From positions 1 to 52,263 of IMG/VR virus record IMGVR_UViG_3300027712_000046: a DNA stretch of 52,263 nucleotides; one strand, written 5' to 3'. The notes below the pieces were generated by a model. The model ran no database searches and had not been told where the DNA came from. It saw only the letters and a list, made by a program, of their open reading frames with translations. This DNA comes from a virus (lineage: Duplodnaviria; Caudoviricetes). Shown here piece after piece: positions 18,065 to 28,346 of the stretch. Positions within the stretch are counted from its first letter, which is position 1. Each line of letters opens with the position of its first letter. Both the position numbers and the translations under genes were made by a program.

Positions 18065-19863
18065 TGAAAAAAATCAAATACAAACGCCTTACCGTTCAAA
18101 ATTTCCTAAGCATAGGAAATGATGCTATCGAAGTTAATTTCCACAAGGGATTGAATTTGATAACAGGAACAAACATCGACAATCCAGACCGTAAAAATGC
18201 AGTTGGGAAAAGCGCGTTGATGTCTGCTTATTTCTTCGCTCTTTTCGGAGAGACAATCGGAAAAATTAAAAGCGAATTCATTGTCAATAATGTAACCAAA
18301 GGTAAAGGCAAAATCGAACTGCTGTTTGACGTAGAAACGACCACAGGCGTTCAGAGTTACAAAATCGTTAGACAGGTCAAGCCAAGTAAAGTCGAGCTTT
18401 GGAGAGGCGATGAGGACATTACCAGAGACAGTATCGCAAATACCAACAAATACATTTGCGATCTTCTAAGCACAAATTCAACGATTCATAAAAGTTGTGA
18501 TATTATGACATTGACCGATACAACATCGTTCATGTCCAAAACATCAGCTGATAAAAGAAAGTTTATTGAGGATATTTTCGGAATTGAAATTTTCGGAATG
18601 ATGTTGAAGGATTTGAAAAAGCTAATTTCTGAAAACAAAAACGAACTGAATGTATCAGTAGCGGTTTTGGAAGAAGTGAAAACATCCATAAATGCATACG
18701 AGTCGCAGATGGAAGAAATCGAAAAGCAAAAATCCGAACGTGAAGAGATTTTCAATCTCCGAAAGAATGAGATTTTGAATAAGATTGGCAAGACGCAGAG
18801 TATGTTGGATGAATTACCAGCAGACTTGGATATTGATGCATTGATAGATGAAGAAAACAAAACGATGAAAGGAATTTCATTGATTGATGGCAAGATAATA
18901 ACTTTGTTAACTCAAATATCTGATAAAAACAAGGACATTGGATATGCTCGAAATGAAATCCGAAAAATGTCAAATGTGGATGAAGGTGTGCAATGCGAAC
19001 GCTGTTTGCAGAATATTGAGCATGATCACGTAGCTCTTTTGGAGTCGTTGGTCGCGAAATACAATCTCGATATTGAGACATATTCAAATGAAGTGGCCGA
19101 ACTGCAACAAACTTTAAGTGATTGGAGAGACAAAAAGACGAAATTACAAGCTAATTTAGGTTTGATTTTTTCTAAAAAAACCCAAGACAAGGAAAACAAG
19201 CAAAAGAGAACCTATCTGTCTGAGAGATTGACAGAATACAATGATTCATTGGATAATTTGAAAATGGATGCTGAAAACACTACATTTTCAACCGAAACGT
19301 TTGCAGAAAACATAAAAAATGCAGTAGGTAAGAAGGAAAACTTAGATACTGACGTAGCACTGCACAAGCAGAAAGAAGCTGATTACGACATTTGCAAATT
19401 TGTATTGGGAGAAGAAGGTGTTAAAAGCTTTGTCATTAAGAAATTGCTGGATATGTTGAATGGCACGATTGCGAAATATCTCAAGGATCTTGGAATGCCG
19501 ATCAAATGTAAATTTGATGAGTATTTTGATGAAGAGATTTTAACTGGAAAGAATAAAAAGTTCTCATACAGCAATTTGTCAGGCGCTGAAAGACGAAGCG
19601 TTGACATTGCATGTGTTTTGAGCTTCTCGGATATGCGCAGAAAGATCAACGGCGTTTCTTCAAATGTTGAATTTTATGATGAAATTTTCGACGGTGCATT
19701 TGACGAAAGAGGATTAGATTTGTTGATCAATGTATTGAAAGATCGAATTGTAAAAAACAACATGAGCGTGTATGCAATTTCCCATAGGAAAGAGACTATG
19801 AAGCATATCGACGGTGAAATTGTCAATCTGGAAAAGGAGAATGATATAACTCGACGGGTTTAA
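18064..19863 (+). CDS. 46: Rad50/SbcC-like ATPase gp46
   Basis: QNFLSIG, NAVGKS Walker A, CERC zinc hook, LSGAE signature, DEIFD Walker B and ISH motifs. Confidence 0.93.
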   Translation: MKKIKYKRLTVQNFLSIGNDAIEVNFHKGLNLITGTNIDNPDRKNAVGKSALMSAYFFALFGETIGKIKSEFIVNNVTKGKGKIELLFDVETTTGVQSYKIVRQVKPSKVELWRGDEDITRDSIANTNKYICDLLSTNSTIHKSCDIMTLTDTTSFMSKTSADKRKFIEDIFGIEIFGMMLKDLKKLISENKNELNVSVAVLEEVKTSINAYESQMEEIEKQKSEREEIFNLRKNEILNKIGKTQSMLDELPADLDIDALIDEENKTMKGISLIDGKIITLLTQISDKNKDIGYARNEIRKMSNVDEGVQCERCLQNIEHDHVALLESLVAKYNLDIETYSNEVAELQQTLSDWRDKKTKLQANLGLIFSKKTQDKENKQKRTYLSERLTEYNDSLDNLKMDAENTTFSTETFAENIKNAVGKKENLDTDVALHKQKEADYDICKFVLGEEGVKSFVIKKLLDMLNGTIAKYLKDLGMPIKCKFDEYFDEEILTGKNKKFSYSNLSGAERRSVDIACVLSFSDMRRKINGVSSNVEFYDEIFDGAFDERGLDLLINVLKDRIVKNNMSVYAISHRKETMKHIDGEIVNLEKENDITRRV

Positions 19864-19898
19864 TGCTTGACATTCCTATTTGATAAAATAACTATCGT

Positions 19899-21110
19899 AT
19901 GTTTGTAAATCCATTTCCTTCTCCGTTCCCGACAGCATTTCCGGGAATTCAATTCGCGTCTAATCCTAAGCCAACAGGTAAAAATGAAAAAGATCCAAAT
20001 CAACCAAAACGTTATGTTAATTTCATGGCTGATAGAGGTGGTTGTGGTATGTGGAGAATTGGATGGCCTGAATACATCATCAACATGACAGGCAAGGGAG
20101 ATTCCTTATCAACTACCAAAATGATTCTTGAAAAGGAATGGTATAGGGATATTGCCACTATCAAACTCCAGCGACAGGCGAGTGGTCCACAAAAGGAATT
20201 CATGCAATATCTGAAGTCTATTCAATCAGAAATGGGATTCAAATTAATTTATGAAGTGGATGATGTTGTGTTTAGAGAAGATATTCCTGATTACAACAAT
20301 AATAAAAAAGCGTTTGATAACGATGAAATTAGACAGAATTGTATCGACATGATCAATATGGTTGATGAGGTCACAGTAACATGTGATTTTATGAAGACGC
20401 TTTATCAAGAGCGCACAGGGAAAAAAGAAATTACTGTCATTCCTAACTTTGCTCCTTATTGGTGGATTGGGCATCAATATGATTACAAGAGAATTATTAA
20501 TACATTTGAAAAGAACAAGAAAAAACCGCGTATTGTTTACGCAGGTTCAGCTGCTCATTTCGATATTGGCAACAATACCAAGCAGCAAGACGACTTTACT
20601 CATGTGATCAAATTCATCATTGATAATATTGACAAGTATCAATTCATTTTTATGGGTGCTGTGCCACCTCCTCTCGTTCAGTATGCATTTAGCAAGAAAA
20701 TTGAAGTGTATTCTTGGAAGAACCTTTTGGAATATCCAAACTTCCTTAATAGTTTGGATGCTCAATTGTTCTTGGCTCCGCTTCAAGATAATAACTTCAA
20801 TAGAAGCAAGTCTGATATCAAATATATCGAAGCTGCTTGTCTTGGAATTCCTTGTTTGTGTCAAGATATGGTGACGTATCAAAATGCGTTGCCAAATCTT
20901 AAGTTTACCGATGGTGATGATCTTGCTAATAAGGTCGATGAGCTTCTAAATTGGAAAAACCGTTCAAAGTATTTCCAATTGATTCCTCAATTGAGAGAAA
21001 TTGCATCTCATAGATTCCTAGAATTGGATGACAATATTGGATGCCACCTTGAAGCTTTGGATACGCCGTATGGAGATCCTTCAAGACAATTGCTCAAAAA
21101 GTGGAACTGA
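19899..21110 (+). CDS. GT-B fold (GT4-like) glycosyltransferase in the replication module
   Basis: GCGMWR, YEVDD, VIPN, APLQDNNFNRSKSDIKYIEAACLGIP motifs. Confidence 0.75.
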   Translation: MFVNPFPSPFPTAFPGIQFASNPKPTGKNEKDPNQPKRYVNFMADRGGCGMWRIGWPEYIINMTGKGDSLSTTKMILEKEWYRDIATIKLQRQASGPQKEFMQYLKSIQSEMGFKLIYEVDDVVFREDIPDYNNNKKAFDNDEIRQNCIDMINMVDEVTVTCDFMKTLYQERTGKKEITVIPNFAPYWWIGHQYDYKRIINTFEKNKKKPRIVYAGSAAHFDIGNNTKQQDDFTHVIKFIIDNIDKYQFIFMGAVPPPLVQYAFSKKIEVYSWKNLLEYPNFLNSLDAQLFLAPLQDNNFNRSKSDIKYIEAACLGIPCLCQDMVTYQNALPNLKFTDGDDLANKVDELLNWKNRSKYFQLIPQLREIASHRFLELDDNIGCHLEALDTPYGDPSRQLLKKWN

Positions 21111-21112
21111 GA

Positions 21113-21394
21113 TCAACCTCTAAATTCCTGATAAGGATATAGAGGTTCTCTCAAATGCTTCAACATATTTTCAAGCTTTTTCAATGCATTCATATCGCGA
21201 GGATTGTTGAAAAATTCAGTTTTTGTCATTTTGTAGTAATTTATCAATCCTTCAATTTTATGTTCAAGAGCGTGACAAACTTCATTAGCTTGAGCCTTAA
21301 CACGTTCTATTTGAGGATCTACGTTGGAGTATGATGATTTAAAATCTAAATTTTCATAAATATTGCCAATTGCGAGACTATCTTGCTTATCCAT
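21113..21394 (-). CDS. Hypothetical late protein
   Basis: TAAATA-N5-ATG at 21394; MDKQDSLAIGNIYENL leader. Confidence 0.55.
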   Translation of the reverse strand: MDKQDSLAIGNIYENLDFKSSYSNVDPQIERVKAQANEVCHALEHKIEGLINYYKMTKTEFFNNPRDMNALKKLENMLKHLREPLYPYQEFRG

Positions 21395-21439
21395 TTGAAT
21401 ATTTAGCAAATACATTTTTAAAAATGCCACGATTTGGGA

Positions 21440-21467
21440 TTGACAGATTCCCAAATCGTGCTATCGT
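21440..21467 (+). promoter_or_regulatory. Sigma70-type promoter of the DNA polymerase
   Basis: TTGACA-N16-TATCGT-N8-ATG, with TG upstream of the -10. Confidence 0.65.
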
Positions 21468-21475
21468 TGGTTGAA

Positions 21476-24058
21476 ATGTATCGAAATTGCGTCTACAACA
21501 ACCGAGAAAAGTGCATTCATCTGTTCACATGGGACGCCGATGGCAATCGTGTGCGACACGATTTGGATTTCAATCCGTATTTGTTGGTAGAAGACAAATA
21601 CGGAGCAGAAGAAAGCATTTTCAAAACAAAACTCCGCAAGAGAGAGTTTCCAACGGACTTTGATCGTAAGAAATTTGTCAAAGAATCCAAACTGAAAAGA
21701 TTGTTTGAAAACATTCCTCCAGCGCAACAATTTCTTGTTGACAACTACTGGACCCAAAACACCGATGATGATTTCAGTAAATTTGCCTTGAAAGTGATGT
21801 TTATAGACATCGAGACTTTCAGCAATAAAGGGAAGTTTCCCGATATTAAAAATCCAGAGGATACGATCAATTTGATCAGTTGTTACGATACGATCAAGAA
21901 TCGTTATGTGACATTCGGATTGCGCCCATTTGATACAAAGCACATCAAAGACAAGAAGGTGAAATACATTCATTGCAAATCCGAAGAAGAATTGTTGAAA
22001 ACTTTTGTCAAATTTTGGGAAATGGATTATCCAGATGTTGTATCTGGATGGAATTCAAGCGGATTTGACATTCCGTATATTGTAAATCGAATCGCGGCTG
22101 TTTTGAACGAGGATTGGCAAAAGAGATTGTCGCCAATTGGCCGAATATATGAAAAGGTCAAAAAGAATGTAAAGTTTGGAGAACCTCCATTTGAACTTAT
22201 TATCGAAGGTGTTGCATCTGTCGATTACATGGTTATGTATCAGAAGTTCAAACTTGACAAACAGGAGAGTTACAAACTGGATTACATTGCAGAAGTTGAA
22301 CTTGGAGAGCAGAAGTTGGAATATGAGGGTCAACTTTGGGAACTTGCTGTTAAAGATTGGAAAACCTTCGTTGATTACAACATCAAAGACGTAGAACTTC
22401 TTGTGAAGCTGGATGACAAGCTTCGTTACATGAAAACGTTGCGATTCCTTGCCAATATTGGATTGACAAACATAGACAAGGCGATTTCGACATTGCCAAT
22501 TATGAATGGCGCATTGGCTGTTCAAGCTAGAAAGCGCGATCAGCGTATTCCAACATTCATAAGACCTTTGAAAACTGGAAAAAATCCGGGAGCTTATGTC
22601 AAAGATCCTGTTGTAGGACTTAGTGAAAACTTAGTCATCTTTGACGCCAACTCGCTGTATCCAAGTGTTATGATTTCTTTGAATTTGTCTCCAGAAACCA
22701 AGATTGGCAGATACGAAGAGCTTGATGATGTTGTCAACATTTATCATGTGAACGGTAAGATGTATTCTCTTCAAAAGGATAAGTTTGAACAGTATGCAAT
22801 TGCTGAACAGTTGTGTATGACAAAGGCAAACTTCTTGTTTTCTCAAAAGCGCAAGGGTATTGTTCCTGAATATTTGGATTGGTTGTATGCCGAACGAAAG
22901 AAGATGCAGCAGGCGTTCAAGGATTGTCGTAAAAAACTGGAAGATGATTCTCTTTCAAAAGAAGAAATATTGCAACTGACCGATGACATGAATAGATTTG
23001 ATTCAGTTCAGTATGCATATAAAATCAATCTAAACTCGCTTTATGGATACATGGGGAATGGTTACGCGCCCATGGGCGATGATGACATTGCATCATCAGT
23101 TACATTGACGGGACAATCAGTTATTAAAAAATCCAATGATTTGTTTGTCGATAGCGTTCGAGCAAAGTTTCCAGAAATCTCAGTTGATACTCTCGAAAAA
23201 TCCATCATCTACAATGACACCGACTCAGTTCACGTTTCGTTGAAGTGTGTGCAAAACAAAGGAATTCCATTGTTCAAAGATGGGGAATTGAATTCAGATT
23301 TTTACGATTTCTGCGATTATATTGAAGATTATCTGAATGCTGGTATGACAACATGGGCAGCTTCTGAATTGAGAAGTTCCGATCCTCGATTTGTGTTCAA
23401 GCGAGAAGCCATTTGCGATGCAGGTATATTCCTCAAAAAGAAGTATTACGTCTTGCATCTTGTGGATGATGAAGGTTTCAAAACTTCCAAGTTTAAATAT
23501 CGTGGAGTTTCGGTCGTTAAAACTACAATGCCCAAGAAGCTGAAACCGTATTTGAAGGAAATCATAGAAAACATGATTACTGACAAGAGTAAAGTGTCAG
23601 CAGACGGGCTTTTCAATCAAGCTTATGAGACTTTTAAAACACTAGAAAATGAGAATATTTCACGTATTAGCGGAATCAATACATTTGACAAGTATGCAGA
23701 CAAGTGTGATGGTTTTGGAACGATTGCCAAAGGTATGCAAGAGCATATGAAAGCCGCTTACTTCCACAACACCATCATTGAAAGCATGGGAATTGGTGGT
23801 AAGTATCAAAAGCTTAAACAAGGTGATAAAATCCGTTATATCAATGTTAAAAAACCCAATAAATATGGGGTTGATGTTATCGCATATGGAACTAATTATC
23901 CCGAAGAGTTTAGAAATGAATTTGAAGTAGACTACGAAGTAATGTTTGAAAAGTTGATGTATAAGAATATCAACTTCTTTTACAAAGCGGTAGGATGGTT
24001 CTTGAGAAGACCAACTGAGAATTTGCGTTGTGAACTCCTAGACCTATTATCAGAATAA
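21476..24058 (+). CDS. 43: Family B DNA polymerase gp43
   Basis: Exo motifs DIET, GWNSSGFDIPY and YNIKD; Pol motifs DANSLYPS, KINLNSLYG, YNDTDS and KKYY. No intein or intron visible. Confidence 0.96.
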   Translation: MYRNCVYNNREKCIHLFTWDADGNRVRHDLDFNPYLLVEDKYGAEESIFKTKLRKREFPTDFDRKKFVKESKLKRLFENIPPAQQFLVDNYWTQNTDDDFSKFALKVMFIDIETFSNKGKFPDIKNPEDTINLISCYDTIKNRYVTFGLRPFDTKHIKDKKVKYIHCKSEEELLKTFVKFWEMDYPDVVSGWNSSGFDIPYIVNRIAAVLNEDWQKRLSPIGRIYEKVKKNVKFGEPPFELIIEGVASVDYMVMYQKFKLDKQESYKLDYIAEVELGEQKLEYEGQLWELAVKDWKTFVDYNIKDVELLVKLDDKLRYMKTLRFLANIGLTNIDKAISTLPIMNGALAVQARKRDQRIPTFIRPLKTGKNPGAYVKDPVVGLSENLVIFDANSLYPSVMISLNLSPETKIGRYEELDDVVNIYHVNGKMYSLQKDKFEQYAIAEQLCMTKANFLFSQKRKGIVPEYLDWLYAERKKMQQAFKDCRKKLEDDSLSKEEILQLTDDMNRFDSVQYAYKINLNSLYGYMGNGYAPMGDDDIASSVTLTGQSVIKKSNDLFVDSVRAKFPEISVDTLEKSIIYNDTDSVHVSLKCVQNKGIPLFKDGELNSDFYDFCDYIEDYLNAGMTTWAASELRSSDPRFVFKREAICDAGIFLKKKYYVLHLVDDEGFKTSKFKYRGVSVVKTTMPKKLKPYLKEIIENMITDKSKVSADGLFNQAYETFKTLENENISRISGINTFDKYADKCDGFGTIAKGMQEHMKAAYFHNTIIESMGIGGKYQKLKQGDKIRYINVKKPNKYGVDVIAYGTNYPEEFRNEFEVDYEVMFEKLMYKNINFFYKAVGWFLRRPTENLRCELLDLLSE

Positions 24059-24062
24059 TATT

Positions 24063-24305
24063 ATGACAACTCAAGAGGCTTACAATAAGGGACTGGACGA
24101 TGCAGAAGCTACAATGATTGTAGTTTTGGATCAATTAATTCGCAATCAATATGGAGCTAAATTCAATAATCCAGAGTTGGAAAAGCGTAGAAAAGCTCTG
24201 CGCATTCAATTAAAATGGACGCATGAATTAGCTGGTAAAAAAAGAAGCAACGTTGGCAAATTTGCACTTGAAGAGATTAAAAAATCACTTGATTTATTGA
24301 AATGA
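24063..24305 (+). CDS. Hypothetical protein
   Basis: 80-aa ORF tightly packed after 43. Confidence 0.6.
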   Translation: MTTQEAYNKGLDDAEATMIVVLDQLIRNQYGAKFNNPELEKRRKALRIQLKWTHELAGKKRSNVGKFALEEIKKSLDLLK

Positions 24306-24324
24306 TAGTGTAAATTGTATTTGT

Positions 24325-24669
24325 ATGAAACAGAAACCAATTGTATTTCAAGACCAAATCGGTCGAACCATCATTGCTAACAAGGTCAGCGAAACTGACG
24401 CCACACTGACTGTGGAAAACCCAGTTATGTTTATTGTAAATCCTGACCAATCCGGTCAATTTCAAGTTCAAGCATTCCCAATTTTCTTCTTTGAGTTTAT
24501 CAATAAGGATTCCAGAGCCAGTAATATATGGACTTATAACAAGACTACAATTGTTACTAGCGACGTTGATCTTGATGATCGAGTTATTGAGCAATACGGT
24601 AAGATCAACACTCCCCCAGCGCCAGTTGCCTCTAGTTCCCCAAAAGTGATCTCTATCAACGACCTATAA
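24325..24669 (+). CDS. Hypothetical beta-rich protein
   Basis: ORF preceded by TTGATT-N16-TAAATT-N8-ATG and coupled to uvsX. Confidence 0.65.
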   Translation: MKQKPIVFQDQIGRTIIANKVSETDATLTVENPVMFIVNPDQSGQFQVQAFPIFFFEFINKDSRASNIWTYNKTTIVTSDVDLDDRVIEQYGKINTPPAPVASSSPKVISINDL

Positions 24670-24670
24670 T

Positions 24671-25819
24671 ATGTCTTCGAAAGATGATAAACAAAAACAA
24701 ATTGATGCTATTTTTGATAGCATTGATGACATCGCTCCATACTCAGCTTATCTTAGTGAGAATAAGCTGACTGGAGTTGATGATTGGATTGATACAGGAT
24801 CAATGGTTTTGAATGCGTTGATTTCTGGATCGTTGTATGGTGGAGTTCCTAGAGGTCGAGTTGTTCAATTTGCTGGACCTAGCCAAACGTTTAAGACCGG
24901 ATTTATTCTTAAGATCCTTGCAAATGCTCAGAAAAAAGGTATGCAAGTTGTCATTTACGATACCGAAGGTGCTATTGATGCTGAAAGCGCAGAGGCGATG
25001 GGGCTTGATGTGAGTCGAGTTAAGTATTTTACTGTGCAAACAGCTGAAAATACCAGAAATCACATCTACAGCTTGCTTAAAAAGGTGAAAGAACAAGGTC
25101 TTGAAGGCAAGGTAATCATTGCAATCGACTCGTTGGCAAACCTCCAGAGTGAACTGGAACTTAGCCGAATGGATAAGGAAAACACTTCAAGCGACATGGG
25201 AACATTTGCCAAGAGTATCAAGAGCCTTTTGAAGACATGCACCAACATGTCAACTCTTACAAAAACTCCGATTCTTATAACAAATCACGTTTATGAAGAT
25301 CCAAGTCAAATGTATCCAACACTGGAGAAGAATATATCAGGAGGTAAGGCTGCTGTGTATCTTCCATCTGTTACAGTCCAGCTTGCTCGTAAGCCGATGA
25401 AAGACGATGATGGTAAGACTGTCGATAACACAAAAGCGGCTTCTCAAAAGAGTTACTCAGGTGTTATTATCAGAGCGTTGACTGTGAAAAACCGATTTAT
25501 CAAGCAATATTTGGAAGGTGAAATGTATCTTTCTTTTGCAACAGGACTTGATAAGTATTATGGTCTGCTTGATATCATGAAGGACATGGGTGTTGTTGTA
25601 GCGAACGGTGCTACATATTCTGATTGGGAAGGAACCAAACTTGGATTTTACAAGACATGGCGAAAAGACACTAAACTTTGGGAGCGGTTGCTGCCAGAAC
25701 TTGAATCTCGTTTGAAAGCAGAGTGGTCGTATGGCAATAAAATAGACAACGAGGAAATACCGGAGGATGAAGATGATACTTCACCTCTAGAAGAAGAGAT
25801 ACCATACGAAGAAGAATGA
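24671..25819 (+). CDS. uvsX: RecA-like recombinase UvsX
   Basis: DTGSMVLNALISG, GPSQTFKT (UvsX-type Walker A), YDTE, IDSL, TNHVY, SGG and KNRF motifs. Confidence 0.93.
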   Translation: MSSKDDKQKQIDAIFDSIDDIAPYSAYLSENKLTGVDDWIDTGSMVLNALISGSLYGGVPRGRVVQFAGPSQTFKTGFILKILANAQKKGMQVVIYDTEGAIDAESAEAMGLDVSRVKYFTVQTAENTRNHIYSLLKKVKEQGLEGKVIIAIDSLANLQSELELSRMDKENTSSDMGTFAKSIKSLLKTCTNMSTLTKTPILITNHVYEDPSQMYPTLEKNISGGKAAVYLPSVTVQLARKPMKDDDGKTVDNTKAASQKSYSGVIIRALTVKNRFIKQYLEGEMYLSFATGLDKYYGLLDIMKDMGVVVANGATYSDWEGTKLGFYKTWRKDTKLWERLLPELESRLKAEWSYGNKIDNEEIPEDEDDTSPLEEEIPYEEE

Positions 25820-25820
25820 T

Positions 25821-25856
25821 AAAAAAGGCGGCAGGTTTCACCTGCCGCCTTTTTTT
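25821..25856. terminator. Bidirectional rho-independent terminator
   Basis: aaaaaaggcggcaggt-ttc-acctgccgccttttttt between uvsX and the convergent gene. Confidence 0.92.
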
Positions 25857-27645
25857 ATTTATTCACTTGACTCCAATGCCAAAGATTGATTGGCTTTTTA
25901 TAACCTCTATCTATGTAATCGCCAGTTGGATTTACATAGCGATCTTTTTTGACTTGTTCCATCATGTAACCAAACGTTCCTTCTTCATCTTCTTCGGGAG
26001 AAGGTGTTTCTAAAGCTTGTAGATCTTGCAATTTCTTATTAACAATATTCAATTGCTGTTCCCATGCTGTCTTCAATGCACTATGCGGATTTTGTTCAAT
26101 TTTTTTCTCATAATCAAACTTTAGATTTAAAAATTTTTGAATTTGTGGATTGTCTGATTTTTCAGGTTTTGGCGGCGGAACGAAATCTGGCAGCGCATTG
26201 ATCATTCTTTCAACTTCTGCCATTTTCTTACTGAAAAGAGCGATAGCATTGGCATCGTCAATTTTCTGACGGGCGTTAGCAATTTTCAAGAACTCTCGTT
26301 TCAACTCTGGAGTTGGAAAGAATTCATCAATTGCGTTTTTCGGAAAAATAGTTTCAACTGAACGTTCAGAACTTGGATGCAATTCTTTGAACGCTGCGAT
26401 AATGGTTTCCAGTAGTGCGGCTGTTTGATTTTGATTACTTTCCTTGAGTTTGGGAATAGCTTTTTCAAAAACTTCTGGGGAGGCAGTCGAACCATCGGCA
26501 CTATGCTGAAGTTTGTCAAATTGGTCGATAGTTCTATTGATGATCTGCATAGGCACTTCTCGCACTATAGAAGTTGGAATTGATACAGTTTCATCCCCGT
26601 AGTCAATATCCAACTTACTAGAATTGATTGATGAATCAGTTGAACCAGTTATTTTTTCACGTTCAGCTTTGTTGTAATATGAACGAAGCCCAACTTGCAT
26701 AACCGACAATGCAGCCAACGCAAAACCAACAAAACCAATTGAAAGATCGGTATCAGCAGTAAATGTTTGTCCAGCACCTCCCCGCACAGTTGACATATTA
26801 TGTCTTGCAACTTTATCTTTCAGTTGCTTAAATCTGTTTAATACATCTTCAGATGCTGTCCAATCTTCATTTTCAAGACCTGTAATTTCAGTTTTTCTTG
26901 CGTTTGTAACGTTGAGCGATGTAGCAACGCCACTTTCTTCAACAGAAACAATGTAGTCATACACATCTTGAGCGGAAAGACTGTCAACAGCCATCTTACC
27001 TTCTGCGCTAGATGCTAAGTTTTTGAAATTCTCATTATCCATAGCGACTGTAATCGCTTTGTTGTTGTGTTTATCAGCAGTTCCACCACTAATATATCTG
27101 AGAAACTTAATATTGCTATTTCCAGATAAGAATTTAACCAACGCTAAATTACCCAATACGTGTCTGTGTGTATCGGTTCCTGCTAATTCGTCCAAAAGAT
27201 CCATAGCATAACGAAGCATCGGAGTATTCGAACGAATTAAATGTCCCTGATCATCTTCAATTTCTTTAACGTCCTCGAAATCAACCCCTGTATCAGATTC
27301 TTCATAATCAGTTACTAAATCTTGATAGGTTTCAACACTTCCATCTCTTGGAATTTCATAATTCGCACCGTTTTTCTGCAAAATATAGTCAATACCATTG
27401 TAAATATCATTTTTGGATATAAAAAAGTAATTGAATTCGTCATTCAATACTGAAAGCAGTCTACGTTTTACAAATTTAGCGATGTTTTGCTTGCTTTTTC
27501 TAGTAGCAAACATTTTATAAAGTTCATTTGTTAATTCAACTTGCCTTTTGGATGCCGGGGTGCCGACTCCAAAAAGAGAAGCTTCTCTAGCTTCTTCTAA
27601 AAGTTCAGCGCATTCTAGGAAATAATCAAATCCGAAATTGGTCAT
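25855..27645 (-). CDS. Large hypothetical late protein, putative internal virion protein
   Basis: 596 aa; TAAATA-N5-ATG; leader FDYFLECAELLEEA; no enzyme motif recognised. Confidence 0.65.
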   Translation of the reverse strand: MTNFGFDYFLECAELLEEAREASLFGVGTPASKRQVELTNELYKMFATRKSKQNIAKFVKRRLLSVLNDEFNYFFISKNDIYNGIDYILQKNGANYEIPRDGSVETYQDLVTDYEESDTGVDFEDVKEIEDDQGHLIRSNTPMLRYAMDLLDELAGTDTHRHVLGNLALVKFLSGNSNIKFLRYISGGTADKHNNKAITVAMDNENFKNLASSAEGKMAVDSLSAQDVYDYIVSVEESGVATSLNVTNARKTEITGLENEDWTASEDVLNRFKQLKDKVARHNMSTVRGGAGQTFTADTDLSIGFVGFALAALSVMQVGLRSYYNKAEREKITGSTDSSINSSKLDIDYGDETVSIPTSIVREVPMQIINRTIDQFDKLQHSADGSTASPEVFEKAIPKLKESNQNQTAALLETIIAAFKELHPSSERSVETIFPKNAIDEFFPTPELKREFLKIANARQKIDDANAIALFSKKMAEVERMINALPDFVPPPKPEKSDNPQIQKFLNLKFDYEKKIEQNPHSALKTAWEQQLNIVNKKLQDLQALETPSPEEDEEGTFGYMMEQVKKDRYVNPTGDYIDRGYKKPINLWHWSQVNK

Positions 27646-27661
27646 GTCAGTATTTAATCAT

Positions 27662-27689
27662 TTGACAAATTAAATGGCTGGTGTAGAAC
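27662..27689 (+). promoter_or_regulatory. Sigma70-type promoter of the GT-gp41 operon
   Basis: TTGACA-N16-TAGAAC-N6-GTG. Confidence 0.55.
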
Positions 27690-27695
27690 GGGTTT

Positions 27696-28346
27696 GTGAA
27701 TATTTCCAACCCGCTAATCGCATTCGCAAGTCAAAAAACAAGTCCTGCTGAAACGACAACATTTAAGTCAGCGCCAGTAAGTATCGAAACAATGCCATTT
27801 ATGAATAATAAAAATTCATTGGCATCAGTTTACAATGTGGTGATCAATCAAGCCAAGGCAAACAACCACGATGCTCTTATTTTGGTTCATGATGATATTA
27901 TTTTCGAACACGATCCAATACCAAAGCTGATCCGACTGTTTGACCAATTTGATGTGGTTGGAGTTGCAGGAGCATCAAATGTAAACATGCAATCGCCTGC
28001 ACTCTGGCATATTATGGGACAGGGACATCTACACGGTGCAGTTGCTCATGGTGACGAAAATGCTAAATGGATGACATCGTTTGGAAAATATCCAAATCGA
28101 GCGGTTATGATTGATGGTGTTTTTATGGCTTTGAATCGTGCTGCCATTGAAAAAGCATCGTTTGACGAAAGCAATCCTGCTGGATTCCACTGTTACGACC
28201 TTGACTTTTCTTTGAATTGCCATAAGATGGGCCTCCGAGTTGGCGTAGGAGACATTCTAATCACACACAGTTCTCCCGGATTGCGAGAATTTACAGAAGA
28301 TTGGAAGGCTGGAGAACGTTGGTTTTTAAACAAATATGAATCTTGA
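27696..28346 (+). CDS. GT-A fold glycosyltransferase-like protein (Glyco_tranf_2_5-like)
   Basis: SLASVYN, LILVHDD, VVGVAG, IDGVFMA, FDE...FHCYDLD and THSSPG motifs; overlaps the helicase start. Confidence 0.75.
   Translation: MNISNPLIAFASQKTSPAETTTFKSAPVSIETMPFMNNKNSLASVYNVVINQAKANNHDALILVHDDIIFEHDPIPKLIRLFDQFDVVGVAGASNVNMQSPALWHIMGQGHLHGAVAHGDENAKWMTSFGKYPNRAVMIDGVFMALNRAAIEKASFDESNPAGFHCYDLDFSLNCHKMGLRVGVGDILITHSSPGLREFTEDWKAGERWFLNKYES

Noticed and set aside
21476-24058. Intein, intron or split in the DNA polymerase; YNDTDS variant
   Set aside because: Length and motif spacing are normal for gp43 and the catalytic DTDS is intact.
25816-26013. 65-aa plus-strand ORF after uvsX
   Set aside because: Runs through the terminator and lies antisense to the 596-aa gene.
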